Shown here: piece by piece, positions 8,188 through 15,868 of the stretch
Layout of the letters: each line of letters starts with the position of its first letter
Numbering within the stretch: position 1 is the first letter of the stretch
NCBI GenBank assembly: GCA_045576195.1
Contig: JAZNFZ010000071.1
Location: forward strand, 4,479 to 68,478
Source: Eubacteriales bacterium
GTDB lineage: Bacteria > Bacillota > Clostridia > Oscillospirales > CAG-272
Length of the DNA: 64,000 nt
Direction of reading: 5' to 3'
Position numbers and translations under genes: made by a program
The notes under the pieces: model-generated
Database searches by the model: none
What the model saw: only the letters and a program-made list of their open reading frames with translations
What the model was told of the DNA's origin: nothing

Positions 8188-8685
8188 ATGATCATTCTCG
8201 GCATTGACCCGGGGCTTGCGATCGTGGGCTGGGGTGCGGTAGAGTGCATAGGCGGAAAATTCAGAACGCTGGGATACGGCTCGATCCAGACCCCTGCGGG
8301 CACCACCACGGAAAAGCGCCTTTCGATGATCTATGAGGGGATCAACGAGCTTTTCCTTCGTTATCACCCCGATGAAATTGCTGTGGAGGAGCTGTTTTTC
8401 AACACCAACATCACCACCGGCATCCGCGTGGCGGAGGCGCGAGGCGTGATCCTGCTTTGTGCCGAGCAGCACGGTGCTCGGATAGCGGAATACACGCCGC
8501 TTCAGGTCAAGCAAGCGGTGGTGGGCTACGGCCGCGCCGAAAAAAAGCAGGTGATCACGATGGTCACAATGATTTTGGGGCTGCCGAAGCCCCCGCGCCC
8601 CGACGATACCGCAGATGCCCTGGCCATTGCCATTTGCCACGGCCATTGCGGTGGCTCGCGTCTGGCAAGGTATTACAATAACTGA
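8188..8685 (+). CDS. ruvC: crossover junction endodeoxyribonuclease RuvC
   Basis: MIILGIDPG N-terminus and C-terminal DAADALAIAICH motif. RBS AAAGGAGG. Confidence 0.9.
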   Translation: MIILGIDPGLAIVGWGAVECIGGKFRTLGYGSIQTPAGTTTEKRLSMIYEGINELFLRYHPDEIAVEELFFNTNITTGIRVAEARGVILLCAEQHGARIAEYTPLQVKQAVVGYGRAEKKQVITMVTMILGLPKPPRPDDTADALAIAICHGHCGGSRLARYYNN

Positions 8686-8698
8686 ACGAGGAAATAGT

Positions 8699-9562
8699 AT
8701 GTGGACTTCACAAAATTGGAATGATTATGAGCTTCTTGACACCTCCGACGGGGAGCGTCTTGAGCGCTGGGGCAAATATGTTCTGATCCGTCCCGACCCC
8801 CAGATCATCTGGCACGGTGAGCAAAAGCACCCTCTTTGGAAAAAGGCTGACGGCGTGTATCGTCGCTCGCACGCGGGCGGTGGCGCCTGGAAGCAGAACC
8901 GCCTGCCCGAGCAGTGGCACGTGGGCTACGGCAACCTGAAATTTCTGATCCGCCCCATGGGCTTTAAGCACACGGGTCTTTTCCCTGAGCAGGCCGCAAA
9001 CTGGGATTGGTTTTCCCAAAAGATCCGTGAGGCAAAAAGACCCATCAAGGTGCTCAACCTCTTTGCCTATACGGGCGGAGCTACCGTTGCCGCGGCGGCT
9101 GCGGGTGCCTCGGTTGTTCACGTGGATGCCGCAAAGGGCATGGTGCAGCAGGCCAAGGAAAATGCAAGGCTCTCGGGGCTTGAAAATGCGCCGATCCGCT
9201 ATATTGTAGATGATTGCAAAAAGTTTGTGGAGCGCGAGATCAAGCGCGGCAATTTTTACGACGGCATTATTATGGACCCTCCCTCCTACGGCAGAGGCCC
9301 GTCGGGTGAGGTGTGGAAGATCGAGGACTGTGTGGACGAGCTGGTGGAGCTTGCCGCAAGGCTTCTTTCAAGAGAGCCCTTGTTTTTTCTGATCAATTCC
9401 TACACCACGGGGCTCTCTCCCTTGGCGATGAGCTATATTCTGGATCTCCGTGTCAAGGCTCGCTTCGGCGGTGTGACCCGCGCGGAGGAGCTCGGCCTTA
9501 AGGTGACGCGCACGGGCAGCTTTTTACCTTGCGGCGCCAGCGCGCGCTGGGAATTGGAGTGA
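8699..9562 (+). CDS. class I SAM-dependent (RNA) methyltransferase
   Basis: SAM-binding LNLFAYTGG and catalytic-type IIMDPPSYG motifs. ATG at 8699 chosen, because the track extension from 8615 overlaps ruvC. Confidence 0.75.
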   Translation: MWTSQNWNDYELLDTSDGERLERWGKYVLIRPDPQIIWHGEQKHPLWKKADGVYRRSHAGGGAWKQNRLPEQWHVGYGNLKFLIRPMGFKHTGLFPEQAANWDWFSQKIREAKRPIKVLNLFAYTGGATVAAAAAGASVVHVDAAKGMVQQAKENARLSGLENAPIRYIVDDCKKFVEREIKRGNFYDGIIMDPPSYGRGPSGEVWKIEDCVDELVELAARLLSREPLFFLINSYTTGLSPLAMSYILDLRVKARFGGVTRAEELGLKVTRTGSFLPCGASARWELE

Positions 9563-9564
9563 GT

Positions 9565-10449
9565 ATGGCAGAAGTCTTTATTCATGCAAAGGATCTGCGC
9601 TATTCCTATAGCGCTGAGGGCGAGGCAGAGGTGCCTGTGCTGCGCGGTGTTTCCTTTGATATCAAAAAAGGGGAGTATGTGGCTATTTTAGGGCACAACG
9701 GCTCGGGCAAATCTACCCTTGCCAAGCTCCTTAATCTGATTTTGGATGCCGAGTCCGGCGAGCTTAGCGTGGCAGGCATCGATCTTACCGATCCCGCGCT
9801 TACCGAGGATCGGATCTTTGAGCTGCGCCGCAATGTGGGCATGGTGTTTCAAAACCCCGACAATCAGCTTGTGGCGACCATCGTGGAGGAGGATGTGGCC
9901 TTCGGTCCCGAAAATCTTGGCGTCCCCTCGGCTGAGATCCGCCGCCGCGTGGACGAGGCGCTGGAAATGGTGGGGATGAGTGCCTACGCGCATCACGAGC
10001 CCAGCCGCCTTTCGGGCGGTCAGAAGCAGCGCGTTGCCATTGCGGGGCTGCTTGCCATGATGCCGTCCTGTATGATTTTTGATGAGTCCACCGCAATGCT
10101 TGACCCTGCGGGTCGCCGTGAGGTGATCGATACCATTGAAAGACTCAATCGGGAGCGGGGCATCACGGTGCTGACCATCACACACTATATGAACGAGGCG
10201 GCGCGAGCCGATCGCGTGATCGTGATCGACGACGGTCTGGTGCTGATGGACGGCACGCCGCGCGAGGTCTTCTCGCACCCTGCAGCGCTTGCGGCCGCAG
10301 GGCTTGATGTGCCGCAATGCACCTCGCTTGTGCACGGACTGCGCGAGGAGGGAATTGACATTGCGGGAGAGCCGATCTCGACCGAGGAGTGTGCAGATCT
10401 CATCTGCCGTGCGCTAAAGGAGGGGAACTATGGCGACAGTCACGCTTGA
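9565..10449 (+). CDS. ecfA1: ECF transporter ATPase component EcfA1
   Basis: Walker A GHNGSGKST, signature LSGGQKQR, Walker B MIFDEST. ATG at 9565 lies just after the upstream stop. Confidence 0.9.
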   Translation: MAEVFIHAKDLRYSYSAEGEAEVPVLRGVSFDIKKGEYVAILGHNGSGKSTLAKLLNLILDAESGELSVAGIDLTDPALTEDRIFELRRNVGMVFQNPDNQLVATIVEEDVAFGPENLGVPSAEIRRRVDEALEMVGMSAYAHHEPSRLSGGQKQRVAIAGLLAMMPSCMIFDESTAMLDPAGRREVIDTIERLNRERGITVLTITHYMNEAARADRVIVIDDGLVLMDGTPREVFSHPAALAAAGLDVPQCTSLVHGLREEGIDIAGEPISTEECADLICRALKEGNYGDSHA

Positions 10450-11278
10450 GAATGTCAGCTATACCTACGGACGGGGAACTCCCTTTGAGATCAAGGCGCT
10501 CGATCACGTTTCGCTGTCGGTCAAAAGCGGATCGATCACGGGGATCATCGGGCATACGGGCTCGGGAAAATCCACCATGGTGCAGCTCCTTAACGGTCTT
10601 GAGAAGCCCGATGAGGGCAGAATCCTGCTTGACGGCAAGGACATCTGGGAAAACCCAAAGAATATGAAGCAGATCCGCTTTCGGGTGGGTCTTGTGATGC
10701 AGTATCCCGAGTACCAGCTCTTTGAGGAGACGATCCGCGAGGATATTGCCTTCGGCCCGCGCAATATGGGTCTTGACGAGGCGGAGATTGAGCGCCGCGT
10801 GATGCAGGCGGCCGCCCTTGTGGGGCTTTCTGCCGAGCAGCTTGAAAAATCCCCCTTTGATCTTTCGGGAGGCCAGAAGCGCCGTGCCGCCATCGCAGGC
10901 GTCATGGCAATGCGCCCCGAGGTGCTGGTGCTGCATGAGCCCGCCGCGGGGCTTGATCCGCGGGGCAGAGATGCCATTTTGCAGGGCATTTCCCGCTACC
11001 GCGCGGAAACGGGAGCCACGGTGATCATTGTCAGCCATAGCATGGAGGACATGGCCACCTATTGCGACGACGTGATCGTGATGGCCAAGGCAAGGGTCTT
11101 TCTGTCGGGCTCGCGCGATGCGGTGTTTGCCCGCGCGGATGAGCTGTTTTCCGTGGGGCTGGATGTGCCGCAGATCTCTCGCCTGATATGGCTGCTTCGG
11201 GAGCGCGGCATAGAGCTGCCCTCCGATATCTATACGGTAGAGGCGGCACTTGCCGCCGTAAAAAAATTATTTCGGTAA
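10430..11278 (+). CDS. ecfA2: ECF transporter ATPase component EcfA2
   Basis: GHTGSGKST, LSGGQKRR and LVLHEPAAGLD motifs. Overlaps the ecfA1 stop. Confidence 0.9.
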   Translation: MATVTLENVSYTYGRGTPFEIKALDHVSLSVKSGSITGIIGHTGSGKSTMVQLLNGLEKPDEGRILLDGKDIWENPKNMKQIRFRVGLVMQYPEYQLFEETIREDIAFGPRNMGLDEAEIERRVMQAAALVGLSAEQLEKSPFDLSGGQKRRAAIAGVMAMRPEVLVLHEPAAGLDPRGRDAILQGISRYRAETGATVIIVSHSMEDMATYCDDVIVMAKARVFLSGSRDAVFARADELFSVGLDVPQISRLIWLLRERGIELPSDIYTVEAALAAVKKLFR

Positions 11279-11296
11279 AGGAATTGCAAGCCCATT

Positions 11297-12115
11297 ATGA
11301 ATACCATTGCTTTTGGGCAGTATTTTCCTGCCCACTCCCCCCTGCATCGGCTGGATGCGCGTATAAAGGTCATTCTCACCATCCTTTATATCGTGGCTGC
11401 CTTCCTTTGCAAAAACGTGCTGGCCTTTGCCGCCCTGGCACTCTCCGCACTCTTTCTCATCCTCCTCAGCCGCATACCCGTAAGGGTGGTGCTGCGGTCG
11501 ATCAAGCCCCTGATCTTTATTATGCTTTTTACCGTGATCATCCATCTTTTCTGGTCGTCGGGAGAAACGCTGCTGCTTCATTTCTGGCGGATCAGTATTT
11601 ATCTTGAAAGCATCTATAACGCGGTGTTTATGGTGGTTCGCATTCTGGTGCTGATCTTAGGTACGGGCATGTTTTTGACCTACACCACCACACCTATTGA
11701 ACTGACCGATGCCATTGAGAGCCTTCTCTCGCCCCTGCGGCTGATTCGCCTTCCCGTGCACGAGTTTGCCATGATGATGACCATTGCGCTGCGCTTTATT
11801 CCCACCCTGATGGAGGAGACCTCGAAGATTATGAACGCGCAAAAGGCGCGCGGCGTGGATTTTTCGGAGGGCGGGCTGATCAAAAGAGCCAAGGCTCTGA
11901 TCCCGATCCTCATACCGTTGTTTGTTTCCTCCTTCCGCAGAGCCGACGAGCTGGCGCTGGCAATGGAATGCCGCTGCTACCGTGGGGGTAAGGGAAGGAC
12001 CAAAATGACGGTGCATCGGCTCCATTTCCGTGATTTTGCCGCTCTGTTTCTGATGCTCGCTTTCGGCGCGGCACTGCTTTATCTCAACCATCTGGCCATC
12101 GGCTATACGAGGTGA
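11297..12115 (+). CDS. ecfT: ECF transporter transmembrane component EcfT
   Basis: Multi-TM protein of 272 aa with the conserved AQKARG loop. Classical ecfA1-A2-T-truA order. Confidence 0.9.
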   Translation: MNTIAFGQYFPAHSPLHRLDARIKVILTILYIVAAFLCKNVLAFAALALSALFLILLSRIPVRVVLRSIKPLIFIMLFTVIIHLFWSSGETLLLHFWRISIYLESIYNAVFMVVRILVLILGTGMFLTYTTTPIELTDAIESLLSPLRLIRLPVHEFAMMMTIALRFIPTLMEETSKIMNAQKARGVDFSEGGLIKRAKALIPILIPLFVSSFRRADELALAMECRCYRGGKGRTKMTVHRLHFRDFAALFLMLAFGAALLYLNHLAIGYTR

Positions 12116-12119
12116 TGCA

Positions 12120-12887
12120 ATGAAGCTGTTGTTAACGGTTGCCTACGTGGGAACGGCGTATTGCGGCTATCAGGTCCAGCCCAACGGCGTGACCGTGCAG
12201 GAGGCGCTCAACACCGCCGCCAAGGCACTCTTTGGTGTGGACTGTGACATCGTGGGCTGCAGCCGCACGGATAGCGGCGTGCACGCCAGAGCCTTTCAAG
12301 CCACGGTTTGCGAAAAAGGGAAATCGGGGCTTTCCACCACGCTGCCGCCCTCTCGGGTGCCGCGGGCGATGAACGCCTTTTTACCAAAGGATATTTCGGT
12401 GCTTGCCGCCCGTGCGGTGGAGGATTCCTTCCACGCCCGCTATGATGTGCATTCCAAGGAGTATGAATATCTGCTCCTCAATACGCGGGAGCGCGATCCT
12501 TTTCTCGCGGATCGTGTCTGGCACTACCCGACCCCGCTTGATGAAAATGCCCTTTGCCTGATGAACAGGGCAGCAGAGGCCTTTGTCGGCACCAGGGATT
12601 TTTCCGCCCTGCGCGACGGGGGCGCGGATGCTGAGGAGAATGCAGTCCGCACCGTGTATTCCGCCTCGGTGACAAGAAGGGGAGATCTGATCTCCTTTCG
12701 AGTGCGCGCCGACGGATTTCTTTATCATATGGTGCGTATTATGATGGGCACACTCATTGCGGTAGCAAAGGGGAAGATCCCCGCCGACGAGATCGAGGCG
12801 CGCCTTCTTACGCTTGACCGCGCCAAAATGGGCGAGACCGCGCCTGCCGCGGGGCTTTATCTTGACCGCGTATTTTACAAGAACTAA
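12120..12887 (+). CDS. truA: tRNA pseudouridine(38-40) synthase TruA (3' end supplied by inserted DNA)
   Basis: Catalytic RTDSGVHA motif. The last 5 codons after 12871 switch to AT-rich usage. Confidence 0.9.
   Translation: MKLLLTVAYVGTAYCGYQVQPNGVTVQEALNTAAKALFGVDCDIVGCSRTDSGVHARAFQATVCEKGKSGLSTTLPPSRVPRAMNAFLPKDISVLAARAVEDSFHARYDVHSKEYEYLLLNTRERDPFLADRVWHYPTPLDENALCLMNRAAEAFVGTRDFSALRDGGADAEENAVRTVYSASVTRRGDLISFRVRADGFLYHMVRIMMGTLIAVAKGKIPADEIEARLLTLDRAKMGETAPAAGLYLDRVFYKN
12857..12871 (+). repeat. direct repeat copy 1 (TTATCTTGACCGCGT), att-like core in truA
   Basis: Identical 15-mer recurs at 14522-14536. Confidence 0.9.
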
Positions 12888-12956
12888 AAGTCAAATCAAA
12901 GATAAACTTTTGAAAAAATAGACAAATACACCCTTTCAGGTATGTCGGAGCTTGTT

Positions 12957-13838
12957 ATGAAACGCTTTTCTATCTTTCTTATGTGTTTGTGTATGATGTT
13001 CAACTGTTTCGTACTTTTAACATTTGCCCATTCTGGGAAAACAGATGCAAATGGTGGCCACACAAATTATGCTACTGGGGAATATCATTATCATCACGGC
13101 GAATCAGCACATCAGCATCCTAATGGTAAATGCCCTTATGAAACCAAAAACAATATAATAAATATCTTCATATATATCGTGCTGGGTGGAGTTGGCTTGT
13201 TTGTGCTGTGGAATTTGGTTATATCACCGCTTATACATCCTTCGGAGATGAAATCACCCCAAAACGACAAAACCCCATCACTATCAGAGGCATCCTCTTT
13301 GCCTCAAAAAGAGTCGCAGCAGCATTTGAATATTTCTGCATCTTCTGCTGTGACTAAGGAAGTTCCTTCGTTGACAAATGTTAACTCAACAAAAACACAT
13401 TATACCTCGGTGAGGCAACCACCTGCACCTCGTCCGTTTTTTGGTTCAATTCCGTCAAAAGGTACTCATATCAGCCAACCTCCTGTTGTTGCAAACGGTA
13501 GCCTATCAGATCATCCTGATATTTTAGGAGTGGACCGTGCTTATTTAACAGAAAAACAGGCTTTAGCTTATGCCCTCTCGATTGAAACGCCGCGCGGAAA
13601 AAAGGCCGTTACAGAACAAATCCTTCTTGACAACATTGAGACTGAAGATGGTACAAAGCCATTTCGTGTCACCTGCTCTACCACTTCTCTTAATTCTTAT
13701 CAGCAATATCGCACTACGCTTGTTTCTTGTACTTGTAAGGATTATCAGACACGTCATTTGCCCTGCAAGCATATGATTGCGCTAGCAATCAATATCAATG
13801 CTATCACGGTGGATATGGAAGTGTTGCAAAAACGTTAA
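12957..13838 (+). CDS. membrane protein with N-terminal YHYH-motif domain and C-terminal SWIM zinc finger
   Basis: Signal/anchor MKRFSIFLMCLCMMFNCFVLLTFA; GGHTNYATGEYHYHHG; second TM; S/P/Q-rich linker; CTCKDYQTRHLPCKH (CxCx9CxH). ATG at 12957 lies 7 nt after GGAG (the track start is 12942). Confidence 0.6.
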   Translation: MKRFSIFLMCLCMMFNCFVLLTFAHSGKTDANGGHTNYATGEYHYHHGESAHQHPNGKCPYETKNNIINIFIYIVLGGVGLFVLWNLVISPLIHPSEMKSPQNDKTPSLSEASSLPQKESQQHLNISASSAVTKEVPSLTNVNSTKTHYTSVRQPPAPRPFFGSIPSKGTHISQPPVVANGSLSDHPDILGVDRAYLTEKQALAYALSIETPRGKKAVTEQILLDNIETEDGTKPFRVTCSTTSLNSYQQYRTTLVSCTCKDYQTRHLPCKHMIALAININAITVDMEVLQKR

Positions 13839-13879
13839 TTAAAAAAATATCGCCCGAGTGGAGGGTAAGGAAGGTTATT

Positions 13880-14530
13880 ATGGAAGGAATTGCTGTCATT
13901 ATAGGACTTTGTGTTTTTCTTATCCCTTTAATTTACGTTATACGCGAAATTGCAGAAGGTATTTCTAGGAAAAGACAATTGGATAATCCTTATGTCAATA
14001 CCAAATCCAAAGCATATTTGGAAGCTGAATTTCGCAGGATTGCTGCACGAAATAAAAATTGGGCGGAAGCGCTTGAATACATGAATAAATGTTATTGTCT
14101 TCAAATCTCTCAAGATGAAATATTAGAAATGAGCAGACACGAAGAACCCCTTATTTCCTTGGCACAAAAAATAACGACGGGCAAGCCTACTGTTATGTTC
14201 TATATGTTCTCGATGCATAACATGTTGGTTGATTTGATGGCTGAAATGCAACTCGATGAAACAAGTCAATCTTCTATTGTCTCTGATTTTTTAGCTTCAA
14301 TTTCATGTGTTACTGACGAAGTAATTGATAAAATCGCAAAATCCTTTGCTGCTAATTTATCCGAGAAGTTGTATTTTTTGAAAGAAAAAATCAATTATGA
14401 ATTAGCTGCGCTTGGTTTTATTATGCAGTATGGTGTTGATTCAGGTAAAACTTATATTTGTGATAAGGTAAACGGAATTCGCAGAAAAAGAGAGACTTAT
14501 GTATCAATCTTGCGTTCTTCGTTATCTTGA
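13880..14530 (+). CDS. hypothetical N-terminally membrane-anchored protein
   Basis: 216-aa ORF with RBS AAGGAAGG, one N-terminal TM and a helical remainder. The stop codon lies inside the right direct repeat. Confidence 0.5.
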   Translation: MEGIAVIIGLCVFLIPLIYVIREIAEGISRKRQLDNPYVNTKSKAYLEAEFRRIAARNKNWAEALEYMNKCYCLQISQDEILEMSRHEEPLISLAQKITTGKPTVMFYMFSMHNMLVDLMAEMQLDETSQSSIVSDFLASISCVTDEVIDKIAKSFAANLSEKLYFLKEKINYELAALGFIMQYGVDSGKTYICDKVNGIRRKRETYVSILRSSLS

Positions 14531-14536
14531 CCGCGT
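14522..14536 (+). repeat. direct repeat copy 2 (TTATCTTGACCGCGT)
   Basis: Identical to 12857-12871. Confidence 0.9.
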
Positions 14537-14555
14537 GCTCTATCGGGAGCCGTAA
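14523..14555 (+). pseudogene. displaced remnant of the original truA 3' end (YLDRVLYREP-stop)
   Basis: Read in the frame set by the repeat, it gives the same YLDRV motif followed by LYREP-stop in GC-rich codons. This parallels the YLDRVFYKN-stop at the current truA end. Confidence 0.6.
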
Positions 14556-14597
14556 GGACCGCACGGATTTTCTATATCAAATAAAGGAGGAAGGACC

Positions 14598-15827
14598 ATG
14601 AATGACGAGATCAAGGACCGCGAGGTGACGGATGCCGAAGAGGCATTGCTGCCCGAGGCAGAGGTGGGCGCTACCGACTATTGGAAAAAAAGCGCTTCTA
14701 CCTATACGCTGATGGCGCGGATCCTCACCGTGGCGCTGGTGCTGTTTTTGGTGTTTTTCTCTATGTTTTATTCAAGGGCCTTCTCTCACCGAGGCTTCCA
14801 CTACTTTGTAAAGGATCTGCTGGCGCTGGCGGGCACCTCGCCCGAGCAGTCGGGCAAGGTCTATTACACACCGAGCGAGGGCGAGAGCCATATTTTTGCC
14901 TTCCGCGGCGGCGTGGCGCAGGTCAACACCACGGGAGTTGAGGTCTGCTCGGCAGACGGCCGTCGGCTTTTGCGGGTGGAGCACGCGCTCACCACACCGC
15001 GCGCTGCCTGCTCCCGCAAATATCTGGTGGCGTATGATTTTGGCGGCACCTCCTTTGTGGTGTGCAATTCCTATGCCGAGCTTTACCGTGCCGAGACTGC
15101 GGATCCCATTTCCTATTGCGCGGTTTCGGATTCGGGGCATTTTCTTCTGGTGACCCGCTCGGAAAACGCTCTGACCTCGGTGCTGCTTTACAATGCAAGC
15201 TGTGAGCAGATCCAGAAATTTGAGCGTGCCTCCGCCACTATCGGCGCAGCTGTTTCGGATAACGGCAGCTATGTGGCCCTGGTGGGACTTTCCCTTGAGT
15301 CGGGCGAGAAGGTGGCGCGGCTTGATGTGTTTGAGATCGGAAAAGCAGAGCCGAGGGCGAGTGTTCGCCTGAACGGTGAGGTGCCGCTGCGGGTGGACTT
15401 CCTGTCCTCGCGTCAGCTGGTGCTGCTGACCGACAAGGGCACCTATACCTATCAGACCGACGGGAAGCAGCTTGGCAGTGTTGCTCACGGTGAGGATACT
15501 CCCTATTCCTTTGCCGTGGGAGATGCCTCCCTTGCGCTGGTGCTGAAGACCGACTCTGCCACCACCCCTTACCGCATTCTGGTGGTGAACAGGAGGGGAG
15601 AGGCGCTCTATAACAGTGTCTTTGCCGATGAGGTGATCGCGGCTTCACTTTTCGACGGTGTGCTGTTTTTGCTGTCGCCTGACCGTGTGACAAGAGTCGA
15701 TCTTGGCAAAGGCGAGACGGATACCGTCCCTTGCACTGTGGGTGCTGTAGGGCTTTCCGCTCTTGCTGATGACCGCGTGCAGGTCTTTTACGAGGCTGTT
15801 GCGGTGTATGTTTCGTTTGATGATTGA
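14598..15827 (+). CDS. hypothetical membrane-anchored protein with beta-rich extracytoplasmic domain
   Basis: 409-aa ORF with a strong RBS AAAGGAGG, a single TM near residues 40-60, and repetitive beta-strand-like segments. No catalytic motif recognised. Confidence 0.6.
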   Translation: MNDEIKDREVTDAEEALLPEAEVGATDYWKKSASTYTLMARILTVALVLFLVFFSMFYSRAFSHRGFHYFVKDLLALAGTSPEQSGKVYYTPSEGESHIFAFRGGVAQVNTTGVEVCSADGRRLLRVEHALTTPRAACSRKYLVAYDFGGTSFVVCNSYAELYRAETADPISYCAVSDSGHFLLVTRSENALTSVLLYNASCEQIQKFERASATIGAAVSDNGSYVALVGLSLESGEKVARLDVFEIGKAEPRASVRLNGEVPLRVDFLSSRQLVLLTDKGTYTYQTDGKQLGSVAHGEDTPYSFAVGDASLALVLKTDSATTPYRILVVNRRGEALYNSVFADEVIAASLFDGVLFLLSPDRVTRVDLGKGETDTVPCTVGAVGLSALADDRVQVFYEAVAVYVSFDD

Positions 15828-15868
15828 GTGAAAGGAGATCCCCTTTTGCGGGAGTGTAAAATATTGCG

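Larger units (their letters stand above)
12872..14536 (+). mobile_element. putative integrated AT-rich two-gene cassette (no recombinase gene)
   Basis: Bounded by perfect 15-bp direct repeats. Sampled 60-nt lines are ~30-47% GC inside versus ~65% in truA. The ancestral truA terminus is displaced to the right junction. Confidence 0.55.

Noticed and set aside
8615-8698. N-terminal extension of the methyltransferase ORF overlapping ruvC by 71 nt
   Set aside because: The extension has no RBS and overlaps the conserved ruvC C-terminus. The ATG at 8699 gives a protein starting at the conserved MWTSQNW region. Similar upstream extensions were trimmed at 41249 (carB), 50428 (polA), 7733 (ruvA), 21503 (tsf), 23306 (frr), 45181 (pyrD) and 57033 (acp).
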